Assembly (NCBI RefSeq): GCF_038025025.1
Contig: NW_027117338.1
Coordinates: 2,480,001 to 2,544,000 of the forward strand
DNA: 64,000 nt
Direction: 5' to 3'
From: Phyllosticta citribraziliensis
Taxonomy: Eukaryota
In this document: positions 37,502-49,172 of the stretch, piece after piece
Numbering within the stretch: the stretch's first letter is position 1
Layout of the letters: each line of letters begins with the position of its first letter
Made by a program: the position numbers and the translations under genes
The notes under the pieces: generated by a model
What the model saw: the letters and a program-made list of their open reading frames with translations, nothing else
What the model was told of the DNA's origin: nothing
Database searches by the model: none

Positions 37502-40500
37502 TCTAAGGCTATAATGTCGCCTTTACTAATAATAGTAAATTCTAGCTCTTTAACTATATCTATAAACTCCTTAGTAACCTCCTCTATAACCGCCGCGCTA
37601 TAAGTAAAGGTATATAGTTAGCTAATAGGGTCTAGGTATAGATAATCCTTAATCTAGTAGTCTAGATTACTATAATACTAATAACTATAGGAGCTAGGGG
37701 TCACTTCCTACTTTATAATAGTAGCTAGAACTACTACTAGGGTTACCTAATATAATATACTAACTAATAGGCTATAAACTATAGCCTTATTTCTAACTAA
37801 ATAGGAGCTTAAACCTAGATCTACTATTACCTTACTAATATTAGCTACTTACTCTAAGTTACCTAGGAGCTTATTATAGTTAGTTATAATTTAGGCTATA
37901 GTAACTAACTAAAGTAGTCTAGTTAGCCTCTAGAGTAGCTAGTTCTTACTTATTTTAGCATCTTAGCTAGCCTAGTAAGTAAGGATCTAGTATATATAGA
38001 GATCCTATTTAAAACTAGTACTAGAGCTAGAGATTAAATATAGCTAGGCAAGCTATAAGAGGGCGCGGCTATATATATTAGTAATACTAAATAGGCTATC
38101 TAATATAGCCTAGACCTTAAAGGGATCGGTCTTATTATAGTTACTAATAATAATAGAATATACTACTATACCTAAGAGGTATAACTAGATATATATAGCC
38201 TTTACTATATTATCTAGAAAGTAGGCCTTATTAAATAATAGCTTATTAAGAATATTTTAATACTAGATATAATAGTCCTCTAGTATACCCTTACTATTAA
38301 AATATTTAGGATTAGTAAGTTAGTACTAGACCTTATAGACTAGTATCTTACCTTAATTAGCTAGTTTACTATAAGTAGTAAGCACCTATATAAGCTCTAC
38401 TAGAAGCTTATAAGTTAATAGTTTAGGGTTATTAACTCTTAGGGGTAGGTTATTATCCCTAGTAGTACTAGGAATAACTAGAGGGCTAGATAATAGACTA
38501 GTAGCTAAAGACTACTAGCTAGCTACTAGTAAGGTTTAGGGAGTAGCTAATAGTACTATACTACTAATAGAGGTTTAGCTACTCTTAGCTATTATATAGC
38601 TTACTAACTATATAATATAATAAGATAAACTATCTCTATTACCTTTAGAACTATCTAGGCCTAAAATCTTACTTATATACCTTACTAGAGGCTATAGACT
38701 ATAAACTTAATAATACCTAGAGCTTCTAGTATATCTATTAATATAGTATTTTATCCTAATACCTTATAGGGCAGGATAGAAGTAAGAGAACTTATTAGTA
38801 AGGAGTAGATAGAAAATTAATACCCTCTATAAGTAAAATTAACCTATTAATAGTATTATAGTACCTAGTAGAGCGAATTAATACTGACTACTAATAATTA
38901 ATAGGTAAGGAGTAAGAGTAGTTACTATAAAGCCTATATAGAAAGACTATCTACTCCTTATAGCTAATACTAACTATATATAGCTAGTATATAGGAGAAA
39001 GGTATTACTAAAACCTAGAAATACTAGAGGCGCGCTAGCGCGCGTAATATAGTATCTTTAGAATAACTATTCTTAAAGAGTTCTTCCTAACTAGTATTAG
39101 GTAGGATAGAGGTAGAAGAAGTAGAAGAAGAGGTAGGAGAATTAGATATATTATCTCCTATACCTATAGGAATATCTTTAGAAATAGCTATATCTTCTAT
39201 ACTAGATATAGAATTATAGAATTCTTCTAGAGTAGTTAATATAGGTCTATTTCTTATAGGTAAATCTATTAGTATTTCTTCTAATTCTAATAACTAGTCG
39301 CGCGCGCGCTTATTAGTACTATAGGTAACCCCCTTATAGGCGCCTTCCTTAGTAGGCCCCCCCTACTTATAGGTCCCTATTTAATAGTTAGCTTAGTCTA
39401 ATTAATAAACCTTACTTATAATACTTATTCCTATTAGATAAGAATCTACTATCTCTATAGGGCGACCTATATTAAAATAGTAGCTAAAAGTATAAAAGTA
39501 CTACTACCTACTTTTCCCCTTTAGTTAAATATATAGTAAAAGCTATACTAGATCTAATAACCTTTCCCTTAAATAAATCTAATAGTAAAAGCTACTACTA
39601 TTTTAACTCTTAGCTCTAAAAGGTACCTCTTATAAATAGCTAGGATACCTATTATTTCTTAATACTTCTACTTTATATCCTAACTATTTATTCTAAGAGA
39701 ATTTACTTCTATATAATTTAGCTTAAACTTACTTCTACTTAATTTAGTAAAGCTCCCTAGGGCGCTATACCTACTATAGATAGACTACTAGATAAAATAG
39801 TAAAAAGAGTATAGAATTTAGTTAACTAGAATAATAACTTTCCCTAGTATACCTATATACTAGGAACGGCTTATTTAGATATTCTTAACTATATAAGATA
39901 GTATAATTATCTAGTTATATAGTTATTATCCTATACTAGTACTAGCTCTTAATAGTCTAAAGAAGTATAATAAGTATATCTAATTATATAGTATAGGACT
40001 AGGAAAGACAGTTCCCTAACTAGCTTAGCTAAGAAAGTAGTTAATTACGCGCTTAATAAGTAGTAGTAATAGTATATAGAATATACTTATATGCCTTATA
40101 GCTTACTAACCTAACCCCTATAACTAACTCTAACTATACTATTATCTACTATACTCCCTACTATATAATTATCTACTATACTCCCTACTATAAGTACCTC
40201 TACTTACTCTTAGACTCTAAAGAAGTAGCTACTTCTAGGAGGATTTAGTCCTTCTATATATCCTAAGGAGATAAGGGTAGTTACTATAAATATACTAGAA
40301 CTAGTATACCTAAAGGATCTACTATTTCCTTTATAGTTATTATTATATACTCTAACTACTTAATAGGGTAGTAATATATAGATAACCCTTTAATATACTA
40401 TTTCTTTAGAGTTACTTAGGTACCCTACTATATCTCCTATCTTACCCTTATTTACTCCTACTAGTTATCTAATAACCCCCTTAACTATATTTTATACTCC

Positions 40501-43500
40501 TAAATAAACTATTAAAATAATATTAGGTTAATAGTAATTACCCTTAGCTCTACTATAGCCTTATCTTTTAAATTAGTTTAGTATTAGGGTAGTCTCCTAG
40601 CTAGTAGCTCTATTAAGACTAGGGTTTATCCTAGTACTTCCTTTAGAACCCCTATAGAGTAGCTACTTTAGTACCTTAATACTAGCTATATTACCTAATA
40701 ATTATCCCCTCTTTTCTATAGCTAGTCCCTCTACTTAGTTATCCTAATCTTACCTCCCTTACTTAACTTATAGTCTACTCTATTAAAACCCCTTCTAAGA
40801 TCTCTTATTAATATTAAACCTTTCTAGCTAGTCTACTCTACTATTAGTATAGTTAAGTTAAGTATATATTACTAGTAATTTAACTATAGTCCCTCTTAAC
40901 CTATCCTTCTAGCTAGGCTATAAAGCATCCTATACTTAAGACTTATTATTAACTAAAAGAGGATACTACTATATTACTAGTCCTAGTTATAGCTACTTAC
41001 TATTAATATATAATAGATAATAGAGTTAATAGTAGTACTAACTTATCTTAATAGCTAATATAGGAGTAGGTTCCTTATCTTAGCTACTATATATATCTAT
41101 AGAGATAGAGGATATTCCCTAACTAGAATTTTATACTAATAATACTAATAATAATTATATTTCTAATATTAAGCTTATAGTTAAGGAGCTATTTACTCTA
41201 TATTAAGTAGATATATTAAAAAGGTTATTAGTAGATACTCTTAAAGAGATACTCCCTATATTAATTTAGGAGGATAAAGGCCTACTACTTAAGTACCCTA
41301 CTAATAAAATATCCTTATCTATATAGTAATAGGAAGTAACCCTATAAGCCTATAAAGATATACTTAAGTATAGAGAATCTAAACTCTACTATAATACTAT
41401 AGAACTCTACTATAAGGCTAAGATAGTATAGGCTACCTAGTAGGATATAGAAACTACTTATATATAGAGATAGTAAGTTTAGCTTAGTAGTATAAATACC
41501 TTATATTTCTAACTAGAAGAAGTAGGCTACTTTAATCCCTACTTAAGTACCTAAGACTTTCTAGAGGGAGACTCTATTAACTATAGTAATAAGGTCTACT
41601 ATTAAGATATATATATATATTTATTAATTCTACTTCTATTACTACTAGTTTTAGTAATGCCTTAGCTATATATAATAACTTATATAGATACCTCTAAGGT
41701 ATAGTACTATCCTAGTATATAACTTAACTTACTAATTTTAAATAAAGCTTAATATAATTAGGTATAGGTATAGATATATAGTTAGAGCTACTTAAGTATA
41801 AATAGGGACTATCTCCTATAATAGTATAGAAGGTACTATATAATATATAATATATAGTTTAAGATATCTATAAATATACTCTACCTACTTAATTTATCCT
41901 TAAAGTTATATAATATACTAAATTAATTAGTATAACTATATCTACTAAAATCCTCCCTATTATATATACTAAGATAGAAGCCTAACTAAGGGCTACTCTT
42001 CTTACCCCTTATACTAATATAACTATAGAAGACTTTATTTAATAAATAGAAGATTATATAGAGGTCTAGAATAAGATATACTGCCTATACTAAGTCTAGC
42101 CCTCTACTTATATAAATAAAGGTTAGTATAACCCTCTAATAAATTAGTACTTAATAACTAGGTAAGATAATATAAAAGGATAAGAGTCTAACTATGCTAA
42201 TACTTATATATCTTTAGGAGGTAGCTATAGTAATAGCTATACTTATAGTAATTATTAGGGTCTACTATTAGGTTTAAGCGCTACAGTACCTACTTAAATT
42301 AAGTACCTACTATAGTAGGTAATTACTAATAGAAAAGGGTTAGGTTTATTATCTAACTACTATAATTATCTAAATAACTATAATAGAATAAACCTAGCCT
42401 TAGAGATTACTTAATAACTATTAGTACTAGTTGCTGCTCTAGATAATATAGAAGAGGCTACTAAAGATACCTTAGTCTCTAGTAATATAGAAGTAGGCCT
42501 AACCCCTAATAATATATTAGAGGACTCTACTATTAATAGCTTAACTAATAAAACCTTATTTATCTAAGAAGATATATATTATAAGGGATTAAATTTATTT
42601 ATAAATATAGCCCTCTTAAGTCTATTTAAATATTTATACCCTCTAGTAAGTAACTCTATATATAAATACCTACGCTACCTATAAACGTTCCTATTATAAA
42701 ATAGACTCTATAAGTATATTTATACTAACTATAGCCCTATTATAGAAAACTATAGATCTATAATAATTGTTATATTACTAGTATCCCCTAATATAATACT
42801 TTTTAAAGCTAGTAAGATAGTAAAAGACGACCCTAACTTCTTAGGGTTCTACTTAGAAGAATTAGATACTATACTTAGTCCTTATAGATCTACTATTAGA
42901 GCTATCCTTAATATAGGCACGTCTACCTATTTAGTTTAGTATAAGTTTATTAACTAGGAATATCTATATATCCCTTATATCTAAGGTAACGCTATCCCCT
43001 TATATAGTATTACTAAGATAGTATAGTTAAATAAGTTTATCTTATTACCTATTTATATTACTAGAGCTATACTAGATAGGTCTATAACTATTAGCTAATT
43101 TAACTACTATATAAGAATTATAGACTAGCTAGTAGTTCCCCTATTAATTAGTAATAATTTTATTAACCTAGAGGAATTAGTTCTAGACTATAGTAATAAG
43201 ACTATCTAATTCCTATATATAAATAATATAACTATATCTATCTATATATGTACTTATAAGGTCCCTACTATACTCTATAGGGTTTATATAAAGGAATAAG
43301 TTATTATACCTAGTTATACTATTAAGTATATTTATATTACTAAGATAGATAATAAGTACCTACCCCTAAATAGATATTATAAATTTAAGCCTAAATACTT
43401 ATTACCCCTATTAAAGGGTTTTCTTAGTAATAGTAGTATTTTATACGCCCTAATAATAGATAAGTATTTTACTTATATCTAGGCATGTAATAACTCCTAT

Positions 43501-46218
43501 AATTCTATAGTCTTACCTATAAAACTCTATATAGGTTAAGTTTTTACTACTAACTATAATAGTTTATATAAACTCTATAACCTAGAAGTATACTATATAG
43601 CTAGACTCCTATCTAATTTACTAATTCTTAAGACTATTTTAAAGAATAGTATAACCTTCTATAGAGAGAATAACTAAGTTAAAAAATATTAAAAGATTAT
43701 TAGGAAGTTCCTAGAACTATTTATAGATAGGTATTATATAGTTAATATCCCTCTAGAGGAGTATCTCTACCTCCCCCTAAAACCTAGCTAGGAAAATACT
43801 AAGCTTAATACTTATATATATCTAGTCTCTAAATATAACTAAGAACTTATTAATAAGACTTTTAATAGTATATATAAGAATAAGAAGATAAAGTAGGTAA
43901 AATATTTTATACTTTTTAGTTTTTCTACCTTTATAGTTTAGAAATAGCTCCTTTATAATAGTAAATAGATTTATAAGGGCCGCATTATTATTAATATTTA
44001 GGGCCTTAATACTATTAGCTATAAGGACTCCTACTAGTTACTACTATAATTAGAAATTATTAGCTTACTCTATAGGAGTAGCTTTATTATAACTATAGAT
44101 ATAATTGCTTTTTTCTACTAATAGTTAGTATATATAGATAATAAGTATATCTTTATAATTAACTCCTATTAGGGCTAAGAATAAATATATATTATAATTA
44201 TAGGCTACCTAAACTCTATTTAGTATATCTAGTAATAACTTAACTATATTCTCCGCCCGTTCTAGCTATATATATATATATATATATATAGATAATATTA
44301 TTATCTTCTCTAAGATATTTAATAACTATCTTAATTATCTCTAATAAGTCTTTAGTACCCTTAACTATATAGGAGTCTCCCTAGCCCCTAGTAAGGCCTA
44401 TTTTAGTTACCTATCTACTTATATCCTTAGATAATATGTTAGTAGGCTAGGCCTAATAATAGATAATAAAAAAATTACTACTATTACCTAACTAGAGTAC
44501 CTAAAGATACTTACTTAATTAGAAACATTCTTAGGTCTTACTAGATAGCTATATAATTTTATTCTATACTATACCTAATTAGTAGCCCTTCTAGAACTTA
44601 AAAAAAATAAACTCCTTAAAGAGGCCTAATAGTATAGACTCTAATAAAATATAAGGCGTGCTTTTACTCTCTATATAATATATTCTCTTAAGGGGGAGAG
44701 ATAATAAGTATTTAATATAATTAAATCCTAATTTACTATAAATCTCTTTTTATATTACTATAACCCTATATACCTATTATATATAGATATTAATACCTTA
44801 AAAGAGTTTAGAATTAGTACTATAGTATATTAAGTCTATAGTAATCCTAAGCTACTATTAGAAGATTAGATACCTAACCCCTTAAGTATTATATTAGATC
44901 TAGAATATTATAAGGCTATAACTAAGTAACTAAAAAAGGCTTACTACTTCCTATAAGTAGACCTATAACTAATTATATTCCTTTCTAAATAATTAAGTCC
45001 TATAGAGACCTACTACTAGCCTACTAAACTTAAAATAATTATACTTATATAGATAATATATAAGACCTATCTAATAGTAGATAGCTCTCCTAAGATATAT
45101 ATCTTTACTAACTACTTAGCTATAATAGCTATTACTAAATAGTACTATTTACCTACTACCTCCTTAGCTAATAAACTTAATCTATATCTTATATAAGTAT
45201 CTTAATATCTTTTCTAGTTTATTCTAATAGTCCTCTATTATCTAGGTTATATATATATTATACTAGATATACTTAGCTAACTCCTATTAAGTGCCCCTAT
45301 AGATTCTAGAGATATTTTAGATAAACTAACCTTCTAGGAGGATAATATAACTCTATTAGTTAATTATATACTAGCTATATTTACTAGTTATATCTATAAT
45401 ACTAAGGATAAGTAGAGCTTATTCTATATTACCCTAGTAGAAATAAATAATACCTTTAAATAAGAACTATAACTTAGCTACTAAGTAAACCCCTAATAGG
45501 TAAAGGTATAGATTATACTCTAAGTAGAAAAAGAGTAATAAGCTATAGATAGTAATCTCCTATAGGATATAGAGCTTCTTCTACTAGGACTCTAGTTTTT
45601 CCTTTATAATAATATTATATACTACTTTAACTATAGAAACCCTAGATAAGAATATTTATATATTCCCTTAAGTTAAGAGGCTAAAATCTTCTAATTAGTA
45701 TATAATTAGTAATTCTATAGTAGAGTAGATAGATATATAGATTACTTAAGAGCCTTATTTTTTATATATTATATAGAAAAGTAACTTTAGTTATATATTG
45801 CTTACTACCCTAACTATCTAGATAATTAGATAAAATAATACGCGCTATATAGTTTTTTAAATCTAATTAATACTAAGCTAATTCTCTTCTATACTATTAT
45901 ATATAATTTTATTACTAACCTTTCTAATATAACTAATAGATTTAATATACTCCTTATAACTATAGATAAAGTATCTAAATAGGTAAACTTAGTTATAGGA
46001 GCTAAAACTTAGTCTACTACTAAGTAGAGAAGTATCTAGATTAAGTTATTACTTACTTATAACTAGGGCTTACTATCCTATATAATTATTAACTATAATA
46101 GATACTAGCTTAATAAGTTTATAAGTATAGTTTTTATATAATTAGGTATTAACTTAATAGCCTTAACTATATATTACCCCTAGATAGATAGATAATTAGA
46201 GAGAATAAACTAGATAGT

Positions 46219-46641
46219 TATTATAATAGGCGTACACGCGCCTATATAAGTACTAGGGCCAGCACAGATGAACCTAGCATTATATAGTTATAGGAAGCAC
46301 AAGCCTCACCTTAGGCAGCAGCCCGCCATAGCTTAGGCCGAAACCCGCAGGCTAGCACCAGCTACTATAGCCTGGCACTAGCCACTACAGCCTTAGGAAG
46401 ATACCATATAACAGCCCATTAATACCTTACCTTTATAACTTACCTAATAATGACTAAGGACCCTTATATAAAGGATAAGAGGTAGAATGGTATAAAGGAA
46501 GGACTAGGAAATATATAGGTAGTAAGTATCTTTTATATTTTATTCTTTTAACTTATTAGATTTAATTAAGACACATATATATTCTCTAGCAGTTTGCCTT
46601 TAGCCCTTACCTATATAATAAGAAATCTACGAGTCGTGACA
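46219..46641 (+). mobile_element. Solo LTR of family B (423 bp) inside Gypsy-D integrase, no TSD
   Basis: Colinear with the B LTRs and ending GTCGTGACA. The flanks ATAGT and GTATC do not match. Confidence 0.95.
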
Positions 46642-47240
46642 GTATCCTATAAGTATAGTACCTTAGCTACTTCTATTATATCCTATAATATTACCTCTAA
46701 GCGCTAGTATATAACTAGCCCTATATAGGATTCTAATAGTAGCCCTTTTAATTAGACTATTCTAACTATATTAACTATAAATATCTCTTTATACCCTAGC
46801 TAGAAGCTAAAGAAAACTACCCCTACTATATTATCTATTAATTTATATAATTCTTTACCTAAATAAGGCTAGTCTAAGTTCTACCTATACTTAGTATTAA
46901 ACCCTATAGGTTACTATAACCTAACTAAGCTTAGATATATTAATATAAATATCTCTCCCTACCTAAAAAGTACTATAAATAGCTTACTATATACGCCTCT
47001 ACCTAGGTTTAGCTAGCCCTATTATTATAATAGTAGTACGAAATTCCTAATACTAAAGTTAAATATATCTAACTCCCTAACTAAGTATGCTATTACTCTA
47101 GTAGAGAAGAAGGATATAATAGTACTATAGACCTTATACTTAGGGTCTTATACCTTATTACTCCCTAATACCCTACCTATAAGGCTATTAACTACTTCTA
47201 CTATTATCGCGCCTACTATAGTAACTCTAATACCTCTAGA

Positions 47241-47415
47241 TATCTCTTTACCTTATAACCTAACTATATCTATAATAGAAAAGTCTACTCTATTAAAAGC
47301 TACTATTCCTTATACCCTAGTTATATATATCCCTTTACCTTATAATCTAACTATATCTATAATAGGAAAGTTTACTCTATTAAAAGCTACTATTCCTTAT
47401 ACCCTAGTTATACCT
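47241..47415 (+). repeat. 87-bp tandem duplication (29 codons), with further degenerate units to ~47740, in the Gypsy-D 3' extra region
   Basis: TATC(T/C)CTTTACCTTATAA...AAG.TACTCTATTAAAAGCTACTATTCCTTATACCCTAGTTATA occurs at 47241 and 47328. Confidence 0.85.
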
Positions 47416-48723
47416 ATAATAGCTACACCCCTAGTAGCTGCTATATTAATATCTACTTTATTAAAAATTCTAGCTTATAATGCTCTAAGTATACCTACTA
47501 TAGTTATAACCTTAATACCTACTAGGTCTACTCTATTAAGGATCCTAACTCCTTATACTCTAGTTATACTAAATATATTAGTACCTTTAAGCTTAGTAGT
47601 AGCTCTAGTCCTACCTATTATAGACCTAATAAATATAGGTACTCTATCTAAGACCCCTTTAACCCTTACTATAACTATATAAGTAGTAGTTTCTAGTATA
47701 TTAAAGGTTACTATCCCTTATACCCTAACTATACCTACTCCTATAGTATTATTAAGCTTAGTTATAGATCTATTTATACCTACTAAGACTATACCTATAA
47801 TAGTAATAACTTTAATATCTACTACTATTAATACTACTTATACTACTTATATAATATCTAGTATAGTAAAGAAGTCTACTAATAGAGCCCTATAGGTAGA
47901 TAACTATAAAATTATTCTAAGAGTTAATAAAGAAGAGGTAAAAATTTATATACCTAACTTATCTAACCCTAGTAGGGCTAATATTCTTAACTATATAAAG
48001 AATATTACCTAGCTATATAAAGAGAATAAGGATAAAGTTTAGCTTATCTATATAGCTAATATTAGCTTAGATATTTAGAAGGCTATATATATATAAATAG
48101 AGAGGATTACCTAGGGCTTACTATACTCCTAGTATAATATAGATTTCTTAGCTGCCCTTATAGAGTTATCTATCCTATTAGACTATATTATAAATAACCC
48201 TACCTTTATAGTATATATTAATAACTAAGTTATTTTAAAATATATTCCCTATTAAGACTATACTTCCTATACTTAAGTAGAATTAGTTCTAATCTCTACT
48301 AATATAGATAATTTTACCTCTCTACTCTATAATTAGATAATTTAAGGACTATTTATACTATTATATAACCCCTTTATAGCTGATCTTATAGTAGTATATC
48401 TCCCTACTAGTAGCTTACTTAAGCTATTATTTAAGCCTTATACTATTAATATTACTTATATTACTCCTCCTATAAATACTAATTAGGTATAATTCTATAC
48501 TAATATCCTATAGGACTAAGCTCTCCTTTTAACTATATACTTATAGCTTTAGCCTTCTCTCTTAGTATACTATACCTATCTATAGGCCTTTTATTCTAGC
48601 TCTAACTATAGATATATAATATAAATATATACCCTTCTAGCTACTAATACCCTTACTCTAATTATAGATATAATAGGGCTAGACTCCTTATATATTAAAG
48701 TTCCTTAGTTATTATTAACTATT

Positions 48724-48794
48724 TTTTCCTTTATACTTTAGCTTAGCCTTTTCCTTTATACTTTAGCTTGGCCTTTTCCTTTATATTTTAGCTT
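48724..48794 (+). repeat. 25-bp tandem repeat, about 3 copies, in the Gypsy-D 3' region
   Basis: TTTTCCTTTATACTTTAGCTTAGCC repeated about three times. Confidence 0.85.
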
Positions 48795-49172
48795 AATACT
48801 ATTTTTCTATTTAGGCTTTAGAATCTAGGTCCCTAACTAAAGATTACTATTTCTTCTACTTAGTACTTAAGAGGCTTTAGATCCTATATTATATAACTAA
48901 AGCTCTTAGTTTTAGGTACCTATTAGCTTAGGATCTATCTAGGGGACTTACTTCTATCTAATAGAAGATACTCTATATTACTTTCTCTTATACTAATAAT
49001 TCCCTTACTCTTCTACCTAAGTGTTTACTTTTTCTTATTAGGATAGTAGGAATGTAGCAGGATACTTATATTAACTTTTAGCTACTATACTAATAACTAG
49101 TCGCGCGCGCGCTTATTAGTACTATAGGTAACCCCCTTATAAGCGCCTTCCTTAGTAGGCCCCCCCTACTTA

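Larger units (their letters stand above)
13254..39049 (-). mobile_element. Gypsy-C: chromovirus, about 6.0 kb net, 196-bp LTRs, TSD TAGTA, inserted in Gypsy-A pol
   Basis: LTRs 13254-13449 and 38854-39049; TAGTA at 13249-13253 and 39050-39054; poly-G PPT at 13453-13480. Chromodomain WEVKEII...QFRVQW at ~13715-13540, RT YLDDIL at ~15955-15938, gag at ~38750-37510. Confidence 0.95.

Noticed and set aside
48200..48270. Possible HxD motif (N...PHRD after de-RIP) of a 2OG-Fe(II)/TET-like dioxygenase in the D extra region
   Set aside because: It depends on ambiguous de-RIP choices, and I could not find the downstream His/Arg motifs.
46990..48800. Spaced repeats as a CRISPR-like array
   Set aside because: Eukaryotic TE context, degenerate tandem units, and no constant repeat with unique spacers.
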